A DNA stretch of 64,000 nucleotides from the NCBI GenBank assembly GCA_951406725.2, contig OX597816.1, forward strand, positions 9,796,001 to 9,860,000, written 5' to 3'. Below, in pieces: positions 27,391 through 38,446 of this stretch. This stretch comes from Octopus vulgaris. Its lineage: Eukaryota. Numbering within the stretch: the first letter of the stretch is position 1; every line of letters begins with the position of its first letter. A program made the translations under genes and the position numbers. Under the pieces are notes generated by a model, which searched no databases, had not been told where the DNA came from, and saw only the letters and a list, made by a program, of their open reading frames with translations.

Positions 27391-27453
27391 TTTTTAACTC
27401 ATTAACGTTTGTTTCAGCTTTAAAGCTGTGGTCATGCTGGGGCACCACTGTTG
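27391..27453 (-). mobile_element. Retroposon 3' tail (variant of the SINE A tail) fused to the U6 3' end
   Basis: Sense CAACAGTGGTGCCCCAGCATGACCACAGCTTTAAAGCTGAAACAA compared with SINE A AAAGGCGGTGCTCCAGCATGGCCGCAGTCAAATGACTGAAACAA. Confidence 0.8.
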
Positions 27454-27551
27454 AAAAAAACATGGAATGCTTCATGAATTTGCATGTCATCCTTGTGCAA
27501 GGGCCATGCTAATCTTTTCTGTATCTTTCCAATTTTAGAATATGTACTGCC
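27454..27551 (-). pseudogene. U6: U6 snRNA retro-pseudogene, lacking ~11 nt at the 5' end
   Basis: Minus strand reads GGCAGTACATATTCTAAAATTGGAAAGATACAGAAAAGATTAGCATGGCCCTTGCACAAGGATGACATGCAAATTCATGAAGCATTCCATGTTTTTTT. This gives about 10 mismatches to the vertebrate U6 sequence as recalled. The ACAGAGA box is mutated to ACAGAAA. Confidence 0.95.
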
Positions 27552-28430
27552 ATATCAGTATGTGTGTATATATGCATGTCTGGGTGCATGTGAGTGTGTA
27601 AATATATGTGTGCATGTATGTTGTGTATGTGTAAGTATACATGTGTATGTATATATATATATATATGTGTGTATATATATATACATATGTGTTTGTGTAT
27701 ATATAATATACATACTCACAATTCATGTGTTGATTAAGCCCCTTCCAAGAGACCTTGGCTTTACTTTATAATCCTTTATTACTGTTGATCCTAGTTACCC
27801 CTCTCAGATACTTACAAGCTATTTGTTTTGGCTTATCGAAAGTGTTACACAAACACTATAAATCTAGTTAAAATCACACCAACAACCTTTGCCATACTTT
27901 ATAATTGTTTATGCAAACAAACTCTTCAAATCATATCTTTGCTTGGGTCTTATTGTATTTGTTTATCTTCCCTCAAACTAATAAGGATTTCTGATTTAGA
28001 TACACAGTCATCAACCTCAGTATTTTTTTACACATGGCCTGCATTTTCAGGGAGGGAGTTTATTTATTTAACCCTGAAAAGATGGAAGGCAAAGTCAACC
28101 GTGGCAGAAATTGAACTCAAAACATAAAGACAGATAAAATGTTGCTAAGCAATTTGCCCAGCATTTTAACAATTCTGTCAGCTTGCCACCTTATGAATAA
28201 TACTAATTAATACAACAGTTTTCAGTTTAGACATGAGGTTAGTACTTTTAAGTGGAGGGGTAAGCCAATACTGTTGATCTCAGTACATGACTGGTACTGT
28301 ATTGTATAAAGCCTGAAACAATGAAAAGCAAAGTTGATCAGGAGTTGAACTCAAAATATAAATTGTCCAAAAGCAAATCTCTGTAAGCATTTTCCTTGAC
28401 ATAGGAATGATTCTGCCACCCTGGTCCTAA

Positions 28431-28653
28431 CCCCTTAGCATTCAGGTTATTCTGCCAAATAGAATGCTTGTTTATCCACATTGGTTTCATCAGTTAATCA
28501 GGCATTATCTCCTAGATTCAAAATTTTGATGCTGTGATTGTTTATTTTTAGAATAACATTGTAGGATAGGTGTGAGAGGTCAGATCTGGCCGGTTCCAAC
28601 ATAAAACAGGTACAATGCTTGGGTTGGATATGGCTGGTTTAAACACTAAAGGG
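28431..28653. mobile_element. piggyBac-type MITE (family P2)
   Basis: CTAA|CCCCTTAGCATT...ACACTAAAGGG|TTAA. Homologous to 55831-56351. Confidence 0.75.
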
Positions 28654-29321
28654 TTAAACTAATAAGGATTTCAAATTTTGACACAAGGCCAGCAATTTTA
28701 GTGGGAGGGTTTTATTCAATTACATCAATCCCCAATGCTCAACTGGTATTTATTTTATTGACCCTGAAAGAATGTAAAACTAAGTCAACCCAAGTGGAAT
28801 TTGAACTTGGAACATATAAAACCAGAAAATATATCACCAACAATTTTGATAATAATTAATACACAAAATAGGTACATTCTACACATTCTGACCTAAAAAC
28901 ACTTATTTTTAATGGTCAATACTAATATATAATCATAAAATTCAACTACTATATATTTGGCCCAACACATGGTATCTCAAAACGATGACCCATTTTCAAC
29001 TGGCATCTTCACTTTTTCTCGCTCTCAGCTTCTATCTTTTTCTGATCATTTCCTACCATCAGGAAGGCAGATATCTCTGTAGCTCAAATTTTCTCTCCTA
29101 CTATAATTGTGCATCTTCATTGTATATCCACCTTTATGGCCTTTGTGTGTGACTGCTTCTATATGGAAACACCCTCCTCTTGTTATTGCTATGAGGATGT
29201 TTATTACATGTATACATAGACTGGCTCTCTTATAAAATCACTTCTGCCTTTGAAGAGGCACAAAAATATGTTGAAATAGTTGTATGATTGCCAGCCATTG
29301 CCTAGTTAAATGATATATGTA

Positions 29322-29514
29322 TTTCTATATACCAATTCTGGCTTCATTGCCAGTTCATGCAAAAGTTCAAAATGAAAATTTATGTAATACTTGCAGTTTT
29401 AGACATTAGAGTGGAATTTTCTCAGACTTGCATCAAAGTGAACCTTTGATATTCATAAATTTTTACTTTGAACTTTTGCGTGAACTGGCATCGAAAGAAG
29501 AATTGGTACAGAAA
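29322..29514. repeat. Imperfect inverted repeat, ~60 bp arms with a ~70 bp spacer
   Basis: TACCAATTCT..TGCCAGTTCATGCAAAAGTTCAAA..AAATTTATG is inverted at CATAAATTT..TTTGAACTTTTGCGTGAACTGGCA..AGAATTGGTA. Confidence 0.8.
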
Positions 29515-29599
29515 CAGTTGTAACTAATCATTAAATATATGTTAAAGTCTCTCTTTGTCTTCTTATTCAGATATATTTTACTCTTCACTAAACCCATTG

Positions 29600-30530
29600 G
29601 AAAAGTTACATTCCAAGAATAGTTCATGTTTCTCATGAAGATGATTTAAGCAACATTGGTATTTTGCAAGTGGTATTTGGCAAAACATAAGGCGGCGAGC
29701 TGGCAGAATCGTTAGCATGCCTGGCGAAATGCTTAGCGGTATCTCATCTGCTGTTACGTTCTGAGTTCAAATTCCGCCGAGGTCGACTTTGCCTTTCATC
29801 CTTTCGGGGTCGATTAAATAAGTACCAGTTACGCACTCGGGTCGATATAATTGACTAAATCCGTTTGTCTGTCCTTGTTTGTCCTCTCTGTGTGTAGCCC
29901 CTTGTGGGTAGTAAAGAAATAGGTATTTAGCAAACCATGTAGAAGACACACATAAAAATTGTTTGGAGTGATGAGGCTACACTCAAATTAAATGGCTCAG
30001 TTAACGGCCACAGTCTCACCTATTGGGAACCTGTGGACCTACATATTACAAGGGAACATCATGTTAATTTATCAGCAGTTACAGTGTCATGTTGGGTATC
30101 AAAAAGATTAACTGGACCATTCTTTTTTTTTGACGGTACTATGACTGGTCCCATTGACTTGAACTTGTGGTATTCTGTCATGCCAAGCATACCAGAAGTC
30201 TTTGAAGATGTGGAGTTTTATTTCTAGCAAGATGGGACACCCCAACACTACCACTGAAATGTAAGGACCTGCCTTGAGGAAATTTTGCCAAAAGATACAT
30301 CGGACAACGGGGTTCAGTAGATCACACATCATTAGGCTATTCTTTTAAGGGGATGCTTAAAAGATAAAAGCTTACAATACAAAACTTGCAACAGTCTATA
30401 AACTGAGGGCAGCTATTGAACTAGAATGTGCACTTAACAAATGAAATATTACCAAATGTTTACAATTCTGTTGCTTTACATAATCAGCATTGCCTGGACC
30501 AGAATGGTCGTCCATTTGAAAACAGGCATT
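29600..30530 (+). pseudogene. Decayed Tc1/mariner-superfamily transposase, interrupted by SINE B
   Basis: Fragments [43 protein letters not shown] (first catalytic D), FYF*QDGTPQHY (second D), LRAAIE and QNGRPFE, with stops and frameshifts. Confidence 0.85.
29689..29921 (+). mobile_element. SINE family B (tail type i), full length with TSD
   Basis: AAGGCGGCGAGCTGGCAGAATCG...AAAGAAATA, flanked by GGTATTTGGCAAAACAT (29672-29688) and GGTATTTAGCAAACCAT (29922-29938). Confidence 0.93.
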
Positions 30531-32681
30531 CATGAAAATATTGAATTCTAGATTCTTTTTAAATTTGAAAATGAAATGTATTTTAATAAATACTGAATTG
30601 ATAAAAGTTCAATGTGTATATTAATTTCAGTGGAAACATCCTTTATATGTGCATGAGTACACGTGTTGTGTGTGTGTGTGTGCACGCGCGTCCATTCTAC
30701 GTCATGTATGTGCGTGGTTGTATAAGTATATCCCAAAAAACACAAATATAATATGTAAGAAGTTTGAATTTCAGAGATGAGTTTTTAAATGTTATAATTT
30801 ACTCCAGGTTTAACAGCTGATAAGAAAACAAGATATTTAATTATAAAATTATATTTTTAATAAAATTATTATCACATGCACTTAACTCAGTATCTCTCTA
30901 CATATATCTACTATTGTAAAATGTTTGTATGTATGTATCATTCTATCACTATACATACACACACACACAGCCATATACGTGTGTGTGTGTATTTATATAT
31001 ATTTATATAAAATCTCAAAAACGACAAATGTATTTTCACATATGCATATAAATGTAAATATATATATATATGTATATATAAATTTTGTACATACATATAC
31101 ATATATGCATCTTTAATCCTATTTGCCCATACATGAAAATATACACATACATATCCTCACATACATATATGTATATTAACGCATCTACATAAACATGTAA
31201 ACACACATTTTTCTGTATTCATGTGTGTATGTATCCATCCATCCACCTATTTATCTATCTGTCTATCTACCTATCTCTGTCTCTGTCTCTAGTGTTCTTT
31301 ATCTATCTGTCTGTCTGTCTGTATGTCTTTCTATTTTTTTTCCACAATACATATTCTGCTATCTATATTTTTGATCTGTCATATTTTTGTTGTATATGTG
31401 TAGCTATCTTTTTTTCATCTACGAATATCTCCACTTACTTAATTCTATTAATATAGACAAGTGGTTCGCAAACCTTTTTACACTCTTGGTGTGCACTTTA
31501 ACATAATGAAATATATTTTGGCATACTCTGTGTTAACTCACAAAATGAATTAAAAACGAAAAAAAAAACCCAAACAGCCATACAATTTAATTTACCAATA
31601 TAAATAATTTAAAGTGCAGAAAATTTATTAATTACTTAAGTTAATATTCAATAACTGAAGCATAATTGACAAGACTTACTTTCTGACTTTGTAATTTTCA
31701 AGTTTTTTTAAAAAGCTATAATTTTATTATATTAGTAGCACACGTAGGAGTGCTACATGGTGCACCACATGAAAATGATGGTCGATAAACAAACGTTATC
31801 TACATGCAATTTTTTTGTATATGCACCTGTTATTTTTTTCTTGTATATAACCTCCCTCTCCTATATATACATACATGCACACGTTTTCAAGTGAAGATGG
31901 ATGAATGTATAGCTTTAGGCGCACGCATATGGGTGTGCAGATGCACATGTGTAGGTATGAACAGGCGCGCTTACGTGAATACTATGAACTTTTTATCCCC
32001 TTACTTAGCAGTCATTTGAATACTCTTTTGTCTTGATAACGGTCAATCACACAGTAATTTCCCTTTATATAACGGTAATTTTTCATTGCATTTTTCCGAT
32101 GGCTGGTTAACTGAAGAGATGGTGGCGTGGATTTCCACCTTGGCATCAGAAACTAGGAGCTTTATCATGGCTACCAAGTAATTGTCACATATTACATTTA
32201 CAGATATATATATATATATATATGTACACACAGACACATTCCCTCTCTATAAATGTGTGTGTGCGCACATGCATATATCGATTTCTTTAAGTGATCACAA
32301 TCCAAACGTATCCAAAGTGGTGCCAGAAATCTCTGCTTTCCCCCACTTCTTTATCTTTGATAAGTCCTCAGTTTCAATTTGTGTGTCTCTGCCAATAACA
32401 CCAATGTAGTTGAATGGTCTTTGTCCTCTGTTTGGATGCAGAAGTCTCCAAAATATAATTTCAAACCTGGCCTACTGTTTCAGCATGGCATTAGTGGACA
32501 TCAAGGCCTGCTCTTCACTGAGCAACAATAGTTGATATGGTTGGAATGTGTTCTTGACTCTCCTTTAAATGGACATTAAATGATGATAATGAGGATAGAT
32601 GTATTTGTGTGATATATTTGGTATATGCCTTTTCTTGGATACCTAAATGGCACTAAAAAAAGGCATCACAGTTATCTCTCT

Positions 32682-33087
32682 TTACTCTTTTACTCTTTTA
32701 CTTGTTTCAGTCATTTGACTGCGGCCATGCTGGAGCACCACCTTTAGTCGAGCAAATCGACCCCAGGACTTATTCTTTGTAAGCCCAGTACTTATTCTAT
32801 CGGTCTCTTTTGCCGAACCGCTAAGTGACGGGTAAACACACCAGCATCGGTTGTCAAGCAATGCTAGAGGGACAAACACAGACACACAAACATATACACA
32901 CACATACATATATATATATACATATATACAACAGGCTTCTTTCAGTTTCCGTCTACCAAATCCACTCACAAGGCTTTGGTCGGCCTGAGGCTATAGCAGA
33001 AGGCACTAGCCCAAGATGCCACGCAGTGGGACTGAACCCAGAACCATGTGGCTGGTTAGCAAGCTACTTACCACACAGCCACTCCTA
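32682..33087 (-). mobile_element. SINE family A, young
   Basis: Full-length homology with a (TTTTACTC)n tail. Confidence 0.92.
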
Positions 33088-33108
33088 TTTTGTTTATAAA
33101 AGCTGTTA

Positions 33109-33197
<89 letters not shown>

Positions 33198-33198
<1 letters not shown>

Positions 33199-34300
33199 GA
33201 AAAAACAAGTCAAAAATAGAAAATGCTAAGATGATTTTATAGTGAATCTTTCAGTACCGGTTTCGGTCATTTTGAGACCTTTTCAACTGTAACGATTAAA
33301 TAATTAAATTTTGAAAAATTTAGAAAAATTAGAAGAAAGGTTTTTTTACAGGAATACTTCCATAGTAGTGTTCAGATATATGTGGCATTCTGCCTTTCTC
33401 TGACTCCCTTGTTTGCACTTGTGTATTCGAGGTCATACACATATAAGAGGGATGACCAAATTCTGGTGCCTCAACTTAAGTACCATATTCATCTGAATCT
33501 AAATCGTATATGTATGTTATATAATTTTTCTGAATCTTCAGATTTTTCTATATGCTAGACCACTGGTTTTAAATTGATATTAATCAGATTAATATTCAAT
33601 TTTTCGCCCTTATTATTTTAAATATATATATATATTAGAAGGCTTGGAGATGGTATACATGTGTTATATATTAGAAGAAATGAGGTACTCATAAATCTGG
33701 ATGGTTTTATGTTTACAGATATTTATTAGTATGTTACATGTTTATATAAATCATATATCATATATTAGCGCTTTCGTCCACTCTAGTGGAGTTGTCAAAT
33801 TGAACTTTTGCAAGAATTTTGTCTCTTTTTATAGTGTTATTGATTGTGTAGGGGTGGGGAGAGATATAAAATAGTACAAGAGGGTGAGGAATGGGGAGAA
33901 AGTGAGAGAGAGAGAGTGTGTGTGTGTGTTTGTATCTGAAATAGGTGTTAAAGAAAAAGAGAAAGGAAAAAGGAGAGAAAGAAGAAAAAATTTGTTGATA
34001 TCTTCGCAGCTGGTCAGTCTTTCAATAGTAAGTGATTCTTGGCTTTTAGAAATATCAAACCCAGCTGGTCACTCCAAGGGGGGCAAAATGTCACTTTTCA
34101 AAAAATTGTCTGGATTTCTTTTCATCATTGTCTTGTGAGTGTGTGTGTGTGTGTGCATGCACACGTGTGTGTGGGTGTCTGTGTATCTGAAAGGGGTGTC
34201 AAATGGAAAAGGGAATAAAAGGAAGGAAGAGGAGAGAAAGAAGAAAAAATGTGTTTACATTTTTGCAACTGGTCAGTCTTTCAATCGTAAATGATTCTTG
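33198..34300 (-). mobile_element. Cluster of probable Penelope-like element remnants next to (TA)n tracts, with an internal ~130 bp direct repeat
   Basis: Hammerhead-like motifs at 33251-33290 and 33765-33800. Block 33930-34042 is repeated at about 34180-34301. Confidence 0.45.
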
Positions 34301-34532
34301 GATCATATGTTCTACGTTGCCAATTCATCAACATCACCTAAATTTCACGAATTCTCTCATTATATGACCTACCACCTCGAAACTATTCTTAATTGGACTA
34401 AAAAATATAAGACATAATTTTACATACAAACATTCCAATACACACACAAACACATTTATAGACATGTACCGCATAATATACATAAAGTCCTACAGTACCA
34501 TATACTGTTCGTTTAATGTATATATATGTAAC

Positions 34533-34760
34533 GGGAAGCTTTATGAAAATAAACAAAAGACGAAGGCAGGTGGAGTACAAACAAACAATTGTATTAGTAT
34601 GGCGCTCAGGAATAGAAATAAAACAAGTCTTTTACGTTTCGAGCCTACGCTCTTCAACAGAAAGATACACAGAAAAGAAACACGGAGAGAAAAAAATGCG
34701 TGCAGAAGCTAGTGATTCAACATGGCGATCTGATTCCGGCCAGAAGTCAGAGATCAGACG
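34533..34760 (-). mobile_element. Probable Penelope-like terminal remnant (same family as 1661-1885)
   Basis: Minus strand CTGTTGAAGAGCGTAGGCTCGAAACGT. Homology to 1661-1885 over ~220 bp. Confidence 0.6.
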
Positions 34761-35819
34761 TTAGACGCAAGAGGGATAGTAGGGGAGCTAACAGGGTCAA
34801 ATGACCTCGCCCCAACATAAGGGTGCGTGTGTGTATGAGAGAGTATGTAGTGCGTATGAAAGGTCTGGACGTGTGTATGTATGTATGATGTGATGTGTAA
34901 TGTCGTATGGTGTAGTGTAGAGAGAGGAGATGAGGGGGAGGAGATGAGGGGAGGTGTGTGTGTGTATAGCCCATAACACATGTTTGAAAAGTTGAACACT
35001 GAAAATGCTTACATACAATATGAAAATTTCTTTGCAAAAGCTTCGTGTTACTCTGTTTTTTCAAAATTAAATTGTTCTTTTATTCTTCTATTCTTTTATC
35101 TGTTTCAGTCATTTTGACTGCAGCCATGCTGGAGCACCACCTTTAGTCGAGCAAACTTTTATGAATATCTTTCTTTAAATGTGTGTGTATGTGTATAGAT
35201 GTGTGTATATATGTGGATACATATTATATAGATAGATATAAATGCATCTACGCACATATATATCTATACACACACACACACACACACACACACTCAATAT
35301 ATGCATGGTTACATCTAAACACACATGCCTGTGTACAAATATTTGCAATACATAAGATCACATAGAGAATAAAATATTTCATGCATTTTAGGCATATGCA
35401 CACTTTCATACACATATGCATGTATATTGATTTATATGCATGCATACATATATGCATACACATTCACGATACTGTAACACAAGGCTCAGAATGGGAACAA
35501 GTTCATAAACGTATTCAAACATACAGATACATAATTATACATGGATGCATACGCAAACGCACTCATATATACGCATGCACTTACTCGTTTCTACTTTCTC
35601 TTGAAACATATCCATTTACACAAAAACCTTGAAATAAGATTCTCCCCCCCCCCCGCCCCGCAACACACAGACATAACCACATCACATACACACACTTACT
35701 TAGTCATAAGCACTCATAGACACAATTAGATCCACTTATACACTTTCATTTGCAGCAAGTGCATCTGCTTTTCTATTGAACATGGAGTGTGCACAAGTGA
35801 CAATACTAGCATATATATA

Positions 35820-35872
<53 letters not shown>

Positions 35873-35874
<2 letters not shown>

Positions 35875-36280
35875 TCTTTTACTCTTTTACTTGTTTCAGT
35901 CATTTGACTGCGGCCATGCTGGAGCACCACCTTTTAGTCAAGCAAATCGACCCCGGGACTTATTCTTTGTAAGCTCAGTACTTATTCTATCGGTCTCTTT
36001 TGCCGAACCGCTATGTGACGGGGATGTAAACACACCAGCATCGGTTGTCAAGCAATGCTAGGGGGAAAAACACAGACACACAAACACACAAATACATATA
36101 TATATATACATATATACGACAGGCTTCTTTCAGTTTCCGTCTACCAAATCCACTCACAAGGCATTGGTCGGCCCGGGGCTATAGCAGAAGACACTTGCCC
36201 AAGATGCCACGCAGTGGGACTGAACCCGGAACCATGTGGTTGTTTAGCAAGCTACTTACCACACAGCCACTCCTGCACCT
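35873..36280 (-). mobile_element. SINE family A, young, tail abutting (TA)n
   Basis: Full-length homology. Confidence 0.92.
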
Positions 36281-36642
36281 ACACACACACTTACATTCAT
36301 GCAGATCAACTCAGATACACATACATGCATTCACATATACATACAAAATGACATACTATTACAAAAGGCAAGCACTAAAAACACATGTATCTATTCTTTC
36401 TTGATATAAAGGCAATGATAATTTTATCTTTGATCCAGCTTCCCAAATTCAAAGTTGCCATGCAAACAGCTGGTTAATAATTTGATCTCAGCTGTTTGGT
36501 GGTGGGGTTTTTTTTCCTGCTTGTGGCAGTGGGGAGGGCAGTAATTGCAGTGGTGGTGGTGGTGGTGGTGGTAGGGCAATTATTGTTATCTCCTGCTTTC
36601 CTTTCTGTCAGTGAATCATTTACTATAGCTACTGGCAATAAC

Positions 36643-36705
36643 CTTGCTTAAGAATGTTAAGCTAGGATCGTCAGTGTCAGTGGCTACATCTAGCGATGTG
36701 GAAAT
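36643..36705 (-). CDS. Candidate 63-nt phase 0-0 exon (ISTSLDVATDTDDPSLTFLSK), product unknown
   Basis: Long pyrimidine tract, branch-like GCTGAC and acceptor TTCTGTACTTTACAG. Donor AAG|GTTATT is weak. Only one frame is open. Confidence 0.3.
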
Positions 36706-37019
36706 CTGTAAAGTACAGAAGTGTCAGCCATAAGAGAAGGAAGGGTGAGAAAAAGAGGCTGTGATAGACAACTAGGTTGATAGAGTTAATTAGTTCATTT
36801 GATAGCTAGAGAGCTAAGCAGCTAAACAGAATGTTTGATATATATATGATATATATATGATATATATATATAGATTAAACAGCCGAAATTGCTAAGATGA
36901 TCCGGTTCCCGACTGAAGATTAGAGGCTTCGAGTGTCCCGTCTGTTTTCTTGTGTCGTCTCTTTGTGTGTTTTTGCGTTCTTGTCCCACTTTGTAATTTA
37001 TAATTTATATTTAATTTCT

Positions 37020-37063
<44 letters not shown>

Positions 37064-37179
37064 GCATATGTATATGTATATATATCATACATGCATACGG
37101 AGTTAGTAAGGTATATGTAGTAAGGTAAAACAGAGAAATATAGTTGGTTGGATATCTTTCTTTTTTTTTTATCTTTAAA

Positions 37180-37712
37180 GCTTGGTACTTATTCTATCAG
37201 CCTCTTATGCTGAACTGCTAAGTTATGGGAATATAAACACACCAACACTAGTTGTCAAGTGGTGGTGGGGGGACAAGCACGCACACACACTCACACATAC
37301 ATACATAACAGGTTTCTTTCAGTTTCCTATTTCTTTATTGCCCACAAGGGGCTAAACACAGACGGGACAAACAAGGACAGACAAAGGGATTAAGTCGATT
37401 ATATCAGCCCCAGTGCATAACTGGTACTTAATTTATTGACCCCGAAAGGATGAAAGGCAAAGTCGACCTCAGCAGAATTTGAACTTAGAAAGTAACAGCA
37501 GGCGAAATACCGCTAAGCATTTCGCCCGGCGTGCTAACGTTTCTGCTAGTTGGGCGCCTTGTTTCTTTCAGTTTCCATCAATCAAAATCCACTCACAAGG
37601 CTTTTGGGTGGACTGAGGCTAGAGTAGGAGACACTTTCTCAAGGTGTCACACAGTGGAACTGAACCAGGTAACATGGTTGGGAAGCAAACTTCTTACCAC
37701 ACAACCACACCT
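37180..37712 (-). mobile_element. SINE A split by a SINE B insertion (37328-37560)
   Basis: Perfect 16-bp TSD GTTTCTTTCAGTTTCC at 37312-37327 and 37561-37576. Confidence 0.9.
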
Positions 37713-38392
37713 GCAGTTCTGATAGATAAACAGGTGATTCAAAATAGTATTATTTTGTATTGAAGGCAGCAAAGATCCAAAAATTTAGAATTAAAAAAAA
37801 ATGTATTACACTTAAAAAAACTTAATTGATAAAATGTAAATTTGAGTTTTGATGTTTTTTTTAAAGTTTGGAATGTTGGCTGTGTGGTAAGAAGTTTACT
37901 TCCAGCCACATGGTTCCAGGTTCAGTCCTACCACGTGGCACCTTAGGCAAGGGTCTTCTACTATAGCTTTGTGTTGACCAAGGCTTTTAAGTGGATTTGG
38001 TAGACAGAAACTGAAAGAAGCAGTATGATCGTTTCATGCAACTCCATTTAATTGAGCAATACAATCATTACATGAACTTAAAATGCAGAGCAATCTTCAG
38101 CTGTACAAAGACATTGAATTTAATTAAATTAGAACAGATGGACACATTAGTATAATTATACCTAAAGTCTCCCAGAAGTTAAGGAGATAGACAAAGAACA
38201 TGTTGTCTCTACTTCAGCAGACTCTACTGGTATTCGCCTGTTGCTGTGTTCTGAGTTCAAATTCCACCGAGGTCGACTTTGCTTTTCACCCTTTCGGGGT
38301 CAATGAAATAAGTACCAGTTGAACACTAGGGTCGATGTAATCAACTTATTCCCTCCCTGACAATTTCAGGCTTTGTGCTTATTGTAGAAAGG

Positions 38393-38446
<54 letters not shown>

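Noticed and set aside
27454-27551. Functional U6 gene
   Set aside because: The 5' end is missing, the ACAGAGA box is mutated, CpGs have decayed, and the upstream sequence is microsatellite rather than a PSE/TATA promoter.
31458-31785. Possible hAT MITE starting CAAGTGGTTCGCAAACC
   Set aside because: The matching right TIR and TSD could not be identified with confidence.
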